Source: Patescibacteria group bacterium (GTDB taxonomy: Bacteria > Patescibacteriota > Saccharimonadia > Saccharimonadales > CAIOMD01). Taken from it: a DNA stretch of 59,588 nucleotides. The translations under genes were made by a program, and so were the position numbers. The notes below the pieces were generated by a model. It made no database searches, was not told the origin of the DNA, and was given only the letters and a program-made list of their open reading frames with translations. Position 1 is the first letter of the stretch; each line of letters starts with the position of its first letter. Location: positions 1-59,588 of the forward strand of contig DATKGW010000006.1 of assembly GCA_035510605.1 (NCBI GenBank). Direction: 5' to 3'. This document shows, piece by piece, positions 36,916 through 47,493 of the stretch.

Positions 36916-38505
36916 CTATGGTTTGGTAAGAACCTCGCGCCATGATAATACGTTATAGGTACTGGTTATCGGAAAACTGGGCGGTGGAGTATAAAGCAGA
37001 TTGTAATCATATTGAGAGCTATTATTTTCGATACCGGAAATATACTGCCCACTGGTATTATCTCTTACTGCATCACCACAAGAGCCACTGCCGTCAAGCC
37101 AAGTCCATGTCCAGGTTTGTCTGGTAGCTATTGCCCCGTAAAAGATGTAAGTCTGATTGCTGCTAGTCCAGCCGCGGGTACAAGCATTAGAATTAGAGCG
37201 GTAGGTGCCAGGATACCAAACCTCACCCGATTGGGCGATGATGGCTCCGTCGACTTCGAAATTAAAACTACCGGTAGCCGGCGGAGCGTAGGGTGCAATA
37301 ATTACTGAATCCTCGGCCACCAACCCAATTGAATCGGAACCGTTTTTAGTGCTGTATAGCAAGTCGTCGGCAATGACTATATCGGCGTTAGTTGATGTTG
37401 CTAAACGTCCAGCACCAATTGTCACTCGGCCATGGAAAGTTGGGTTGGTTCTAACCCAGACATTGTCTTCGGCAAAAATAACACCGGAACTTGGGACACT
37501 GATACCGGTAGCTACGGACTGCAAAGTCAGGGCGCTGGTATAAGGAGTCAAAGTATCATTCTCGGCGTTGACGTAATATAAATCGTATGTACCATTGGTG
37601 TTGAGCTGAATAAGATAACCTTTGCTTATGCTATAACTGCCACTGGTACTGCGTTGGGGTAGATAAGCTGCTGTACGGGTAGTGGGAGTCTGTGAACAGG
37701 CATTGGACTGACTGGCCAGGGCTGCCGTAGAGGAGTCTGACAAGAAAGCCGTCTTCTTCATCGTGCACAAGCTGCCGGTTACACCGTTAAAATCTAAAGA
37801 AGGTGCCCCCATAAGCCAGTTGGTCTTTGATCTGGTATTGCAATTAACCGGTGAAGTTACGCTGGCGCTGCACCATACTCCGGCGTGGCTGTTGCCATCG
37901 CCGCCCAATTCGTAGGATGGTACATAGGTCAGATTACTGCTAGAGACAGTATCTGTATTTGGGCCGTCCATTCTGATGCCTTGGTTTGATTCAACCGGCC
38001 CGTCAGCGGTTTCAGTATTGCCAAACCACAGGGCACTATCGGACGCTACAGCATAACTGGCGTAAGACGGTGAACCAATTTGAGCATCAATTGTGCGGGT
38101 AAAGTTGGAACCGGTGACTTTACCAATCGAACGGATTTTGGCAATGGTTGATCCACCGCCTTGGGGGTTAATCCATAAAGTAAATGTGCCTTCGGTAATG
38201 GCATTATTGTCGACATAATTATGAGTGTAGGGACCATAGCCTAAAGTTGCATCCGGTGTGGTGGGGGTTGATTGGCCATCTTTAAAATCGTTGGGATTAT
38301 GGCTAAGATGCCATAAGTAATAATTAATTCCGGCCTCGGCAATGTTAAAGGCCTCCTGGCTTTTAATACCATTGCCAATAATACCGGTATTTGTGCTAAT
38401 AACCTCGATAGCTACTACAGAAATAATGCCGATGACGACCATAAAAGCAATAATAGCCGGTAAGATAAAACCCTCTTTTGATTGTTTTAAATTAATGATT
38501 TTCAT
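36916..38505 (-). CDS. large pilus-associated protein with PilX-like N-terminal anchor (529 aa)
   Basis: N-terminus KEGFILPAIIAFMVVIGIISVVAIEV, without Glu at +5. The ectodomain is rich in Ser, Thr, Gly and Asn. Confidence 0.55.
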   Translation of the reverse strand: MKIINLKQSKEGFILPAIIAFMVVIGIISVVAIEVISTNTGIIGNGIKSQEAFNIAEAGINYYLWHLSHNPNDFKDGQSTPTTPDATLGYGPYTHNYVDNNAITEGTFTLWINPQGGGSTIAKIRSIGKVTGSNFTRTIDAQIGSPSYASYAVASDSALWFGNTETADGPVESNQGIRMDGPNTDTVSSSNLTYVPSYELGGDGNSHAGVWCSASVTSPVNCNTRSKTNWLMGAPSLDFNGVTGSLCTMKKTAFLSDSSTAALASQSNACSQTPTTRTAAYLPQRSTSGSYSISKGYLIQLNTNGTYDLYYVNAENDTLTPYTSALTLQSVATGISVPSSGVIFAEDNVWVRTNPTFHGRVTIGAGRLATSTNADIVIADDLLYSTKNGSDSIGLVAEDSVIIAPYAPPATGSFNFEVDGAIIAQSGEVWYPGTYRSNSNACTRGWTSSNQTYIFYGAIATRQTWTWTWLDGSGSCGDAVRDNTSGQYISGIENNSSQYDYNLLYTPPPSFPITSTYNVLSWREVLTKP

Positions 38506-39107
38506 AGGTTGGTCTTTCTGTTTCTAAGGCTCACCTGGTTAGATATCGTGGAATAACTGTTAGCAGTTGGCCCAGTGGAAGGCACACTTAAGTTAACCTT
38601 GATGCTCTTAATGGTATTTAAATCGCTAACAGGAAAAGACAAAGCTGTACCGGAGGCATCAAGATAATCAAAAATATTGACCCCATTGACCGGGTAAACC
38701 TTATCGATTACCGTATAAGTTATTTTACTAGAATTTATGAGTGTACCAATCGGCGGATTGGCTGTCATATGGGTAACGTCCGCTAAAAGAGACGACCCGT
38801 TAATATAGTAATGAACTAGCGATACGTATGTATCATTGGGTGAAAAGTAGGCATAAATTTGTAAATCATTAGCCGCGGCATTGTTAATACCGGTTAGCCC
38901 CCGCAGTACCGCGCCAATTCTTTGCGACTGCAGTGCCATATCACCAAACTGGACACCATCCTGCTGCAATCCGAGATACTGATCGAAAGAACTGTTAAAG
39001 AATCCGAAAGCTATCGTACCGACTATGACTGTGACGACCAGAACAATTAAGACCTCAACAATGGTAAAGCCTTTTTGCTTGGATTTGGATGGCTTAAGGT
39101 GTAACAA
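38502..39107 (-). CDS. minor pilin-like protein (prepilin-type N-terminus)
   Basis: SKQKG|FTIVEVLIVLVVTVIVG. Confidence 0.7.
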   Translation of the reverse strand: MLHLKPSKSKQKGFTIVEVLIVLVVTVIVGTIAFGFFNSSFDQYLGLQQDGVQFGDMALQSQRIGAVLRGLTGINNAAANDLQIYAYFSPNDTYVSLVHYYINGSSLLADVTHMTANPPIGTLINSSKITYTVIDKVYPVNGVNIFDYLDASGTALSFPVSDLNTIKSIKVNLSVPSTGPTANSYSTISNQVSLRNRKTNL

Positions 39108-40695
39108 TGATGCCTCCTAACTGCCCACCGTTTGGCAAAGTCAGTGTATTGCCGCCGGAGCTGATTTGTAACTGGGTATTGCCCTGGCTGGCAGCACTCA
39201 AGTTAACGGTACAATTTAATGTGGTACCGGCTGATGAACCGGTACAGGCGGCTGTATAAGTTGATGAGCCCTGCAAAAACTTGACTGTTGTACCACAGCC
39301 ACTGCCATTACTGGTACATGGCAGATTGACGCCGGTAATTGAGAAGCCAAAGGAGTTCAAAGTACCTGATGCCTGACTGGCATCATAAGGATTCAAATTA
39401 TAAACCCTTGGGAAATTGCTATTGGTTGTTAACATCAGGCGGACTTTTTGATAATAGCCTATACCACCATAATCATAAGTGGTGGATGGAGGGTTAGAAG
39501 CCAAATAGGTCGGTACGTTTACGGGGTTAAACGGATTGACTCCACCGTAAGGTACTGCTGCCGCTAGATAATAGGTAGTTGAACCGATTTTACAATTTGT
39601 GCTGCCATTATCGCCACAGAAGATATAAGGGCCGGGCACAAGATTGGTGAGACTGGTTTGGCCACCACTATCGGTTGTCGGGCGATTATCAGTCGGGGTG
39701 TAATTGTCATAATAATAGTTTGTATCTGCAGCGCTGGTATATTTTTTATAGCCACCCTTAACGTAAACTTTTACACTGGCTAGTGGTGAACCGGAGGTAT
39801 CGGTAGTCTCTATAACCAGGCTATTCTGGCCCGTCGGCTTAATAGTTAATGTAACAAAAGAAGATAGCTGCGTAAAAACATTTTGGTTGGAATAATTTGG
39901 TTGCAATGAACCAGATGGCACAATAGTTGTTAGCGTTGAGTAACCCGACATAGAAGCCGTTATGTTATAATCGTAGCCCGAAGTATCTGGCGGTAATCCA
40001 TAAAAAATTGATATGCCGTTTGTATCTGTCGAATCAGATAAATTTATGGTCGGAGAGAAAGTGCTGTTAGTAATCTGGACAGTCACACCGGATACCGGAT
40101 TGCCATTGCCGTCTATGACTTTTACAAACAAAGCGCCGGTAGTGCTGGAAGTTTCGGCCACCCTGGCCGATACATCAGTATCAACCTGAGCTATAAGAGC
40201 GTTATTTTTATCATACACACGTACATTCAGGTCTTTATAATCCATAGGGTTAAGATCTTCTGCAGGTGCACCGCTAGGTGGTGGATAATTACGGCAATAA
40301 GTTTGCAAAAGCGTTTGATTGGGGTAGGAAGTGCAGCCATCGTAAGCGTCGTCAACATAGGCTATGGCTGTTGTAATCGTATAGGTAATACCGTTGACGG
40401 TTTTAGTAAAAGAGGCAGGCAAGGGATTGGAGTTGACAATATCACCACCAGCTACCGCCAGACTATCGTATGGCAGTGATTTTAGATATTCCATCTGGTC
40501 GGTAGCTAGCGTCATGGCCACGGCTTGTTTTTTTATATAACCGGCACTAAAAAATAATCCGGCCAGTAACGTAAGCGTACCCAAAGTCAACAAACCCAAC
40601 ACCACGATAGCAATCATTAATTCAATTAGCGTAAAACCTTCTTGGGAGCTGTTTTTTTCCACCATGATATTAGATTGATTATAAACCATAAGCAC
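39094..40695 (-). CDS. large pilin-like protein (533 aa) with carboxypeptidase-regulatory-like beta domains
   Basis: SQEG|FTLIELMIAIVVLGLL, and an internal VKVIDGNGNPVSGVTVQITN-type repeat. Confidence 0.65.
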   Translation of the reverse strand: MLMVYNQSNIMVEKNSSQEGFTLIELMIAIVVLGLLTLGTLTLLAGLFFSAGYIKKQAVAMTLATDQMEYLKSLPYDSLAVAGGDIVNSNPLPASFTKTVNGITYTITTAIAYVDDAYDGCTSYPNQTLLQTYCRNYPPPSGAPAEDLNPMDYKDLNVRVYDKNNALIAQVDTDVSARVAETSSTTGALFVKVIDGNGNPVSGVTVQITNSTFSPTINLSDSTDTNGISIFYGLPPDTSGYDYNITASMSGYSTLTTIVPSGSLQPNYSNQNVFTQLSSFVTLTIKPTGQNSLVIETTDTSGSPLASVKVYVKGGYKKYTSAADTNYYYDNYTPTDNRPTTDSGGQTSLTNLVPGPYIFCGDNGSTNCKIGSTTYYLAAAVPYGGVNPFNPVNVPTYLASNPPSTTYDYGGIGYYQKVRLMLTTNSNFPRVYNLNPYDASQASGTLNSFGFSITGVNLPCTSNGSGCGTTVKFLQGSSTYTAACTGSSAGTTLNCTVNLSAASQGNTQLQISSGGNTLTLPNGGQLGGIIVTP

Positions 40696-40734
40696 CTAAG
40701 TCATAAAACTGATATAGCGGCCTTTATGGTAAAT

Positions 40735-40768
40735 AAAAACAAGCGAGTTATTTACTCGCTTGTTTTTG
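40735..40768. terminator. hairpin terminator downstream of the major pilin gene
   Basis: ACAAGCGAGT 40739-40748 pairs with ACTCGCTTGT 40754-40763, flanked by an A-run and a T-run. Confidence 0.7.
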
Positions 40769-40791
40769 TACTTACTTTTTAAGCCTAGATA

Positions 40792-41289
40792 TTAATTCAA
40801 ACTATTCTTAACATAAGTACCGGAACCGTTGATAGTACCTTCTAGGGTAGCTGTCAGGGTGTACTTAGGACAAAGCGTACCAGTAGCACCTGTGCAGGCG
40901 GTCGTGCCGTCTGCTGCCCATGTCTGATAAGAATATGACTTAGAGGCCGGTGCTGATACGTCGACACAGCCGGTCTGGCTGGATGCACTAGGATCGCACA
41001 ATGCACTGGGGTCTAGACCCTTCATATTAGTTGTTCGCCAGGCGGCTGTGTTTAAGTCAACCAACACTGGATATCCGCCACCGTTCTGGGCATAGAATGC
41101 TTCGAGCATACTATACTGAGCACGGAGATCTGTTTGCCGCTTGGTATCGCGGGCCTTCTGTTGGATACCACTAAAGGTGGTAATAACCAAGGCTGCCAAA
41201 ATACCGATGACAACGATTACGATTAACAGTTCCACAATGGTGAAACCTGATTGTTTAGTTTTTTTGATACTCATACTTATTTTGCCCAT
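40792..41289 (-). CDS. type IV pilin (paralog 2)
   Basis: TKQSG|FTIVELLIVIVVIGILAALVITTFSGIQQKARDTKRQTDL, and a Cys-containing C-terminal domain. Confidence 0.85.
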   Translation of the reverse strand: MGKISMSIKKTKQSGFTIVELLIVIVVIGILAALVITTFSGIQQKARDTKRQTDLRAQYSMLEAFYAQNGGGYPVLVDLNTAAWRTTNMKGLDPSALCDPSASSQTGCVDVSAPASKSYSYQTWAADGTTACTGATGTLCPKYTLTATLEGTINGSGTYVKNSLN

Positions 41290-41350
41290 CCTTTTATCTT
41301 AATAACTTAGTTTATACATCAAAAAGCTAATGATTACAACAGTATTTCAG

Positions 41351-41833
41351 CTAATTCAAACTATTCTTAACATAAGTACCGGAACCATTAACAGTTCCTT
41401 CAAGGGTTGCTGTCACGGTGTATTTGGGGCATGTCTGGCCGGTAGTAGCTGTACAAGCGGTCGTGCCATCTGTTTGCCATACCTGATAGGCATATGACTT
41501 GGCGGCCGGTGCTGATACTAAAGCACAACCAGTCGTAGCACTGGCACTTGGATCACACAGAGCACCTTCATCCAAACCCTTCATATTAGTTGTTCGCCAA
41601 CTGGCAGTATTGAAATCAACCAGCACTGGATATCCGCCACCGTTCTGGGCATAAAATGCCTCGAGCATACTATATAATGCCCTGATATCTGTTTGCCGCT
41701 TGGTATCGCGGGCCTTCTGCTGGACACCACTAAAAGTAGTAATAACCAAAGCTGCCAAAATACCGATGACAACGATTACGATTAGAAGTTCCACAATAGT
41801 GAAACCTGATTGTCGTTTTTTCATTCTGAGCAT
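41351..41833 (-). CDS. type IV pilin (paralog 1)
   Basis: KRQSG|FTIVELLIVIVVIGILAALVITTFSGVQQKARDTKRQTDI. High identity to 40792-41289 along the whole length. Confidence 0.85.
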   Translation of the reverse strand: MLRMKKRQSGFTIVELLIVIVVIGILAALVITTFSGVQQKARDTKRQTDIRALYSMLEAFYAQNGGGYPVLVDFNTASWRTTNMKGLDEGALCDPSASATTGCALVSAPAAKSYAYQVWQTDGTTACTATTGQTCPKYTVTATLEGTVNGSGTYVKNSLN

Positions 41834-41904
41834 ATTTTGTGCCTACCCCCTTATTTACTTTTTTATAGATAACACAAACAAACGACCCGTGTGGTCTGGT
41901 CTAG

Positions 41905-41934
41905 ATTATCAAACATAAGCATTACTACTGTCAA
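41905..41934 (-). promoter_or_regulatory. promoter for the pilin genes
   Basis: On the minus strand: TTGACA (41934-41929), 18-nt spacer, GATAAT (41910-41905). Confidence 0.45.
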
Positions 41935-41948
41935 CGGCTTTCTTATAA

Positions 41949-43166
41949 CTACTGGCCTATATTTTTACTCAGGGATGCAATTGGCCCCATAACGCTGGCG
42001 GCAATCAAACCGACAATAGCTCCGAGTATTACAATCATAATTGGCTCAATCAGGGCGCTTAAGCTATTTATAACGGTATCGACTTCTTCTTCGTAAAAAT
42101 CAGCGACTTTTAAAAGAATAGTGTCAATTTGGCCGGTCTCTTCGCCGACAGCCAGCATTTGGCTGACAATCGGTGGAAAGTATTTGCTTTTGCTTAGTGG
42201 TTCAGACAGCTGCTTACCGTTTTTTACTTCTTTAGCAGCCTTTTTTAATTCTGACTCTATAATCTTATTACCGATTGCGCCGCCGGTTACGTCCAAAGCC
42301 TCCAGAACTCCCACCCCGGCCGACATTAATGAGGCAAAGGTGCGCGAAAACCGGGCGATGGCAATTTTGGTAATAACGTCTTTAATAATCGGAGTATTAA
42401 GCAATAGCAGGTGAAATTTTACCTTACCTTTTGGGGAGCGGATATAAAAGCGCACTCCGAATATAACCACAATAAAAGTCAGGATAATAATTAGGGAATT
42501 CTTCTGGACAAAATGAGAAGTGTTAATCATGATTTGAGAATATATCGGTAGTTTGGCGTTGGGGGTAAGGTTGTTAATTATAGAAGTTATTTTAGGCATT
42601 ACAAAAATCATGATGCCAAAAAAGGCCACCACCGTGATACTACCGACTACCATGGGGTACATCATGGCGCCCTTGATTTTTTTACGGATGCTGGAATCTT
42701 TTTCTACTTGCAGGGCCAAGCGTTTTAGGATTTCGTCTAAAATACCGCCGGCCTCTCCGGCGCGAACCATATTGACATAGATTTCAGAGAAAATATTGGG
42801 ATATTTGGAAAAAGCATCACCCAAATTTGAACCACCCTCGATATCTTTAGCGATTTCGGATATTGCTGTTTTAAAATATTTATCCTGGGCTTGTACTTGG
42901 AGCGTATTAAGCGATCGGTTAAGCGGGACGCCAGCCGATATCATGGTAGACAGTTGGCGGGTGAATATTACCAAGTCCTTGAGTTTAACTTTATTGCTTT
43001 TACCGATTTTTAATCCGAGTTTAAAACCGGTTTTTTGTTTGATAATCAGGGGCCGGTAGCCTTGGTGTTGAAGGGACTCCATTAATGATTCTTTAGAAGT
43101 AGAGTCAATAGAACCGTTGACGGTTTTACCTTCTTTTGTTACGGCGGTATATGTGAATGTTGGCAT
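41949..43166 (-). CDS. pilC: type IV pilus platform protein PilC (GspF family)
   Basis: Two T2SSF repeats (e.g. FTRQLSTMISAGVPL and FSRTFASLMSAGVGVLEAL). The start is set at MPTFTYTAV, just after the pilB stop. Confidence 0.9.
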   Translation of the reverse strand: MPTFTYTAVTKEGKTVNGSIDSTSKESLMESLQHQGYRPLIIKQKTGFKLGLKIGKSNKVKLKDLVIFTRQLSTMISAGVPLNRSLNTLQVQAQDKYFKTAISEIAKDIEGGSNLGDAFSKYPNIFSEIYVNMVRAGEAGGILDEILKRLALQVEKDSSIRKKIKGAMMYPMVVGSITVVAFFGIMIFVMPKITSIINNLTPNAKLPIYSQIMINTSHFVQKNSLIIILTFIVVIFGVRFYIRSPKGKVKFHLLLLNTPIIKDVITKIAIARFSRTFASLMSAGVGVLEALDVTGGAIGNKIIESELKKAAKEVKNGKQLSEPLSKSKYFPPIVSQMLAVGEETGQIDTILLKVADFYEEEVDTVINSLSALIEPIMIVILGAIVGLIAASVMGPIASLSKNIGQ

Positions 43167-43167
43167 T

Positions 43168-45024
43168 TTACTCCTCAGAAGTAACGCGCAATATTTCCTC
43201 GATGGAAGTTTGGCCACGCAGGGCTTTTATAAAACCGTCAAGTTGCATAGTCAGCATGCCTTCTTTGACGGCTTGATTTTGAATAACTTCGCTGGTGGCA
43301 TTACTGACAATCATTTTTTGTATCTCAGGGGAGTTATTGAGCGACTCATAAATACCCATTCGCCCCCGGTAACCGTTGTGATTACATTCGTCACAACCAT
43401 CTTCGTGGGTTTTCCATAGCTTTAATATCTTAGTTTCCGAGGTAGACAAGGGAGCTGTAGATTTGGGATTAGTACTGGCCAGCGTTGTTTTACCGATGCC
43501 ACCCTCCAGAGCCTTGGCTTCGAGCTCATGTATTCGTTTCATCGGCAAAGCGTCATTGATGCCGAATGATTCCTCGATTTGCTTAATAGTCGCCGTATCG
43601 GGGACATAACTTTCACGGCAGTTCGGACAAAGCTTGCGGACTAGCCGTTGGCCCACTACAGCCCTAACAGTCGAAGCAATCAAAAAAGGCTCAACACTCA
43701 TGTCCAGCAGTCTGGGTAGGCAGGTTGCGGCATTATTGGTGTGCAGCGTGGCAAAAACCAAATGACCGGTTAGAGCAGCCTGAACAGCCAATCCGGCAGT
43801 TTCAGTATCGCGGATCTCACCGACCATAATAATATTAGGATCTTGGCGTAGCAGGGCTCTTAAACCGTTGGCGAATGTCATATTGGCTTGAGGATTAACC
43901 TGTGTCTGATTGGCGCCAATAATTTTATATTCCACCGGGTCTTCGACGGTCGAGATATTGACTTCCGGTTTGTTTAAGATACTTAAAATACTGAACAAAC
44001 TGGTTGATTTTCCGGAACCGGTCGGGCCGGTAATCAGTACCATGCCGTGTGGTTGAACGATGGCGTGGTTAATAGTGTCCAGCGCCGTTCCCCAGTAACC
44101 TAGTTCTTCTAGAGTCAGAGCTTTTTGCCCCTCGCTTAGGATACGCATAACGACTTTTTCACCTTCGGTGATCGGCAGAGTTGAAACACGCAGGGCATAC
44201 AGCAGGCCATTTAATTCTATTTTAAAGCGACCATCTTGAGGCGAACGTCGCTCATCAATTTTTAGATTGGAAAGAATCTTAATGCGAGAAACCAGTGCGT
44301 TATGAACTTTTTTTGGTAGTTTATTGACCTCCGCCAAAATGCCGTCGACACGATAGCGTATAGAAACGTGGTTTTCTCGTGGTTCTATATGTACATCAGA
44401 AGCACCGGCTTTAATGGCGCCTTCTATAATCAGATTAACGGTTTGGGAAATTGGTGAATCTTCGGCCAGGTCGGCTTCATCGACTTCTTCATCTTGTGAT
44501 TGGTCTTCATCCTCTTCTGATATGACCTGAGTGATTTCGCTGCTGATATTTTCACGGTATTGATCAATCGCCTGTAGAATGTTGGTCTTGGTAGCGATAT
44601 AAATTTTTAAATCAGTACCCAGTTGTTTTTGCAAAAAGCTGATGGCCTGGATATCGTCGGGATCCTCCATGGCCAGTTCTTTGGTACCGTCTTCTGCAAC
44701 CTTAAAGACCACAACATTATACTGGCGGGCAATCCGCTCGGGGATCTGGTGGAGGACTTCACGTTCAATATCTTTGGGGTTGATATCTACATAGGGGACT
44801 TCAATTTCATCGGCAAATAATTGAGTTAATTCTTTTTCGGAAACTATATTGCCGGCAATAACCACATCCTGGAGCGGCTTTTTTTCGTTTTGCTCTTGTT
44901 GTTTAAGTGTTGTCAACTGCTCGTTGGTGACTTTTTTGGTCTTTTTGAGCAGTTTTTCAACCAAACTGTCTGATATGCGCATACTTGTCATCATTATACA
45001 GCCAGCATAAGCGTTTTTGCTCAC
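43168..45024 (-). CDS. pilB: type IV pilus assembly ATPase PilB (GspE family)
   Basis: Walker A GPTGSGKST, MVGEIRD, an Asp box, and a tetracysteine region CPNC...CDEC. The true start may be the internal MRISDSL (44982). Confidence 0.93.
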   Translation of the reverse strand: MSKNAYAGCIMMTSMRISDSLVEKLLKKTKKVTNEQLTTLKQQEQNEKKPLQDVVIAGNIVSEKELTQLFADEIEVPYVDINPKDIEREVLHQIPERIARQYNVVVFKVAEDGTKELAMEDPDDIQAISFLQKQLGTDLKIYIATKTNILQAIDQYRENISSEITQVISEEDEDQSQDEEVDEADLAEDSPISQTVNLIIEGAIKAGASDVHIEPRENHVSIRYRVDGILAEVNKLPKKVHNALVSRIKILSNLKIDERRSPQDGRFKIELNGLLYALRVSTLPITEGEKVVMRILSEGQKALTLEELGYWGTALDTINHAIVQPHGMVLITGPTGSGKSTSLFSILSILNKPEVNISTVEDPVEYKIIGANQTQVNPQANMTFANGLRALLRQDPNIIMVGEIRDTETAGLAVQAALTGHLVFATLHTNNAATCLPRLLDMSVEPFLIASTVRAVVGQRLVRKLCPNCRESYVPDTATIKQIEESFGINDALPMKRIHELEAKALEGGIGKTTLASTNPKSTAPLSTSETKILKLWKTHEDGCDECNHNGYRGRMGIYESLNNSPEIQKMIVSNATSEVIQNQAVKEGMLTMQLDGFIKALRGQTSIEEILRVTSEE

Positions 45025-45121
45025 GTTTTTTGTGGGTTTTTGTTTGCCCCACCCTGTCTTGGTTTTGATATACTAAAACCAGTCTAAATTTTAAGTGAAG
45101 CAGAAGGGAAATTATTAGATT

Positions 45122-46147
45122 ATGGCGGCAAAAAAAGAAGCCAAAGCTGTAGATAAGGTTGAACAAAGTGGTAAAGATCAGGCATTGGGGTTGGCAGTCG
45201 ATCATATAAAGAAACAATTTGGTCAAGGCGCCATTATGCAACTTGGGGCTGATCAAAAAATTGATATAGAAACTTTTTCATCCGGTAGTCTGGGGCTGGA
45301 CATTGCCCTTGGCGGTGGTATACCAAAAGGTCGAATCGTGGAAATTTATGGCCCGGAAAGTAGCGGTAAGACAACGCTAGCTCTACATGCCGTTGCTGAA
45401 ATTCAAAAACAAGGCGGTACGGCGGCTTTTATTGATGCCGAAAACGCCCTGGACCCAATCTATGCCGAAAAAATCGGTGTCAATATCAAAGACTTTTTAG
45501 TATCGCAACCGGATAATGGCGAGCAGGCCTTGGAGATTGTTGAAACTTTGGTGCGCAGCAACGCAGTGGATCTAATTGTGGTTGATTCGGTCGCGGCACT
45601 GGTTCCGCAAGCTGAAATCGAAGGCGATATGGGTGATGCCCATATGGGCTTACAAGCCAGACTGATGAGCCAAGCCTTACGCAAACTAACCGGTGTGATT
45701 AACCGTAGCAAATGTACGGTAATATTCATTAATCAATTGCGCATGAAGATTGGCATAATGTTTGGTAACCCGGAGACCACAACCGGCGGTAACGCCCTCA
45801 AGTTTTATGCCTCGGTACGCATGGATATCCGGCGGATTGGCCAAATAAAGAACGGTGATGAAATTATTGGTAATCACGCCCGCGTCAAAGTCGTGAAAAA
45901 TAAGGTTGCCCCACCGTTCCGCGAAGCCGAATTCGATATTATGTATAACGTCGGAATCAGCCGCGAAGGCGATGTACTCGATTTGGCGGTTCAGCACGAA
46001 GTTGTTGATAAAAGCGGTTCATGGTTTGAGTATGAAGGCGTTAAAATCGGGCAGGGCCGTGAATCAGCCAAGCAATATTTGAAAGAGCACCCCGAGATTT
46101 TAAAGAAGATTGAAACTGCAGTTCTTAAAGCTACAATTGCCGATTAA
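45122..46147 (+). CDS. recA: recombinase RecA
   Basis: [31 protein letters not shown]. Confidence 0.98.
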   Translation: MAAKKEAKAVDKVEQSGKDQALGLAVDHIKKQFGQGAIMQLGADQKIDIETFSSGSLGLDIALGGGIPKGRIVEIYGPESSGKTTLALHAVAEIQKQGGTAAFIDAENALDPIYAEKIGVNIKDFLVSQPDNGEQALEIVETLVRSNAVDLIVVDSVAALVPQAEIEGDMGDAHMGLQARLMSQALRKLTGVINRSKCTVIFINQLRMKIGIMFGNPETTTGGNALKFYASVRMDIRRIGQIKNGDEIIGNHARVKVVKNKVAPPFREAEFDIMYNVGISREGDVLDLAVQHEVVDKSGSWFEYEGVKIGQGRESAKQYLKEHPEILKKIETAVLKATIAD

Positions 46148-46159
46148 ATAATATTTCGT

Positions 46160-46753
46160 ATGCGCATCACTCGTATTACCGAGCAGATAAGAAATCCAGA
46201 GCGGGTGAGTGTTTTTTTTGATGGAAAATATGGTTTTTCACTGAATTTAGACCAACTATTGCAAACCAAGCTTAAAACCGGTGACGAAATTGATGGAGCT
46301 GATTTAAAAGTTTACAAAAAACTTTCTCAAGACGGCAAGCTTAAGATGCGAACATTAGAATGGCTGATGATTAGGCCGAGATCAGCCAAGGAGCTAAGGG
46401 ATTATTTATACCGTAAAAAACTTGAGCCCGAAGAGATAAACGGTTGGCTGTTCAATTTTCAAGAAAAAAAATACCAAAACGACGGGTCATTTGCCCGTTG
46501 GTGGATTGAACAACGTCGCAATAAACAACGTAGCAGTTCATTCATCAAACACGAACTTCGATCAAAAGGAGTAACTGTTGAAATTATCGATGAAGCATTA
46601 AACGAATCCGGAATTGATGACAGGCAGGTACTCAAAGAATTGATTGTAAAAAAGCGCCACTTGGCCAAATACCAGGACAATCAGAAACTGGCTGAGTATT
46701 TAATGCGCCAAGGCTACCACTATTCTTTAATCAAAGAAGAACTTGTCGAATAA
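46160..46753 (+). CDS. recX: recombination regulator RecX
   Basis: Position after recA. Basic helical repeats with the SAKELRDYL and ELRSKGV patterns. Confidence 0.75.
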   Translation: MRITRITEQIRNPERVSVFFDGKYGFSLNLDQLLQTKLKTGDEIDGADLKVYKKLSQDGKLKMRTLEWLMIRPRSAKELRDYLYRKKLEPEEINGWLFNFQEKKYQNDGSFARWWIEQRRNKQRSSSFIKHELRSKGVTVEIIDEALNESGIDDRQVLKELIVKKRHLAKYQDNQKLAEYLMRQGYHYSLIKEELVE

Positions 46754-47280
46754 TTCGTTGACAGCTTGGGTACGGCAGCAGTTTTTTTACTAGTGTCTTT
46801 AACCTCGGGACCGGAAATTACAATATGGTTATCGGTGACTTCTATAACACTAGTTCGGTCAATGGTTAAACGGTTTTGATTAATGCTTTGCCAGACCGGT
46901 GGTTGTACGTAGAGTTTTTGAATAAACAGACCTTCTTTGTCGATAGCATACTCGGCAACTTTGCCAATTCTTTTTTTACCGGCCAGTACCGGCTTATCAA
47001 CCAGTTGAAAGTTAATATCCAGCACCGGTTTTAGACGGATTAAGTCATCAGGTTCGCTCAAGCTGGTATGGCCATCAATAATAATTCCGGCAGGAGTGAA
47101 CTCTCTAATGTCAATATCGAGCAAAACTACCCGGTCTTTGCTGTGAGGCGTCTGGCAATAAAAGCCATCGATATGTAAGTTATGCGGGTTAATTATCGGT
47201 TCTAAAACTGTACCGATTCGACCCGAGTTGCGGATACTTAAAAGTGGTAAGTCAGCCAGTTTTGTGGATAAGAACAGCAT
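46720..47280 (-). CDS. PRC-barrel domain protein (two barrels)
   Basis: LPLLSIRNSGRIGTVLEPIINPHNLHIDGFYC and AGKKRIGKVAEYAIDKEGLFIQKLYV. The start is set at MLFLSTK. Confidence 0.55.
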   Translation of the reverse strand: MLFLSTKLADLPLLSIRNSGRIGTVLEPIINPHNLHIDGFYCQTPHSKDRVVLLDIDIREFTPAGIIIDGHTSLSEPDDLIRLKPVLDINFQLVDKPVLAGKKRIGKVAEYAIDKEGLFIQKLYVQPPVWQSINQNRLTIDRTSVIEVTDNHIVISGPEVKDTSKKTAAVPKLSTNYSTSSSLIKE

Positions 47281-47493
47281 TATGTATTTATTGTACTTTA
47301 AAAAGTTTGTGCTTAACAAACAATCAAACAACTACCTTGATAATTGATGCCGCAAATATAATAATCACCAAGTTGGAACCGGATAAAACCGCCAAAATAA
47401 CCGTTACAAAAGTTGATAGTCCAAGCTTAATTGATGCACCTCATCCGCTACCAACTTGGCTGCTTGCAGTGTCAGGGGCTTTAGCTGTAATCT

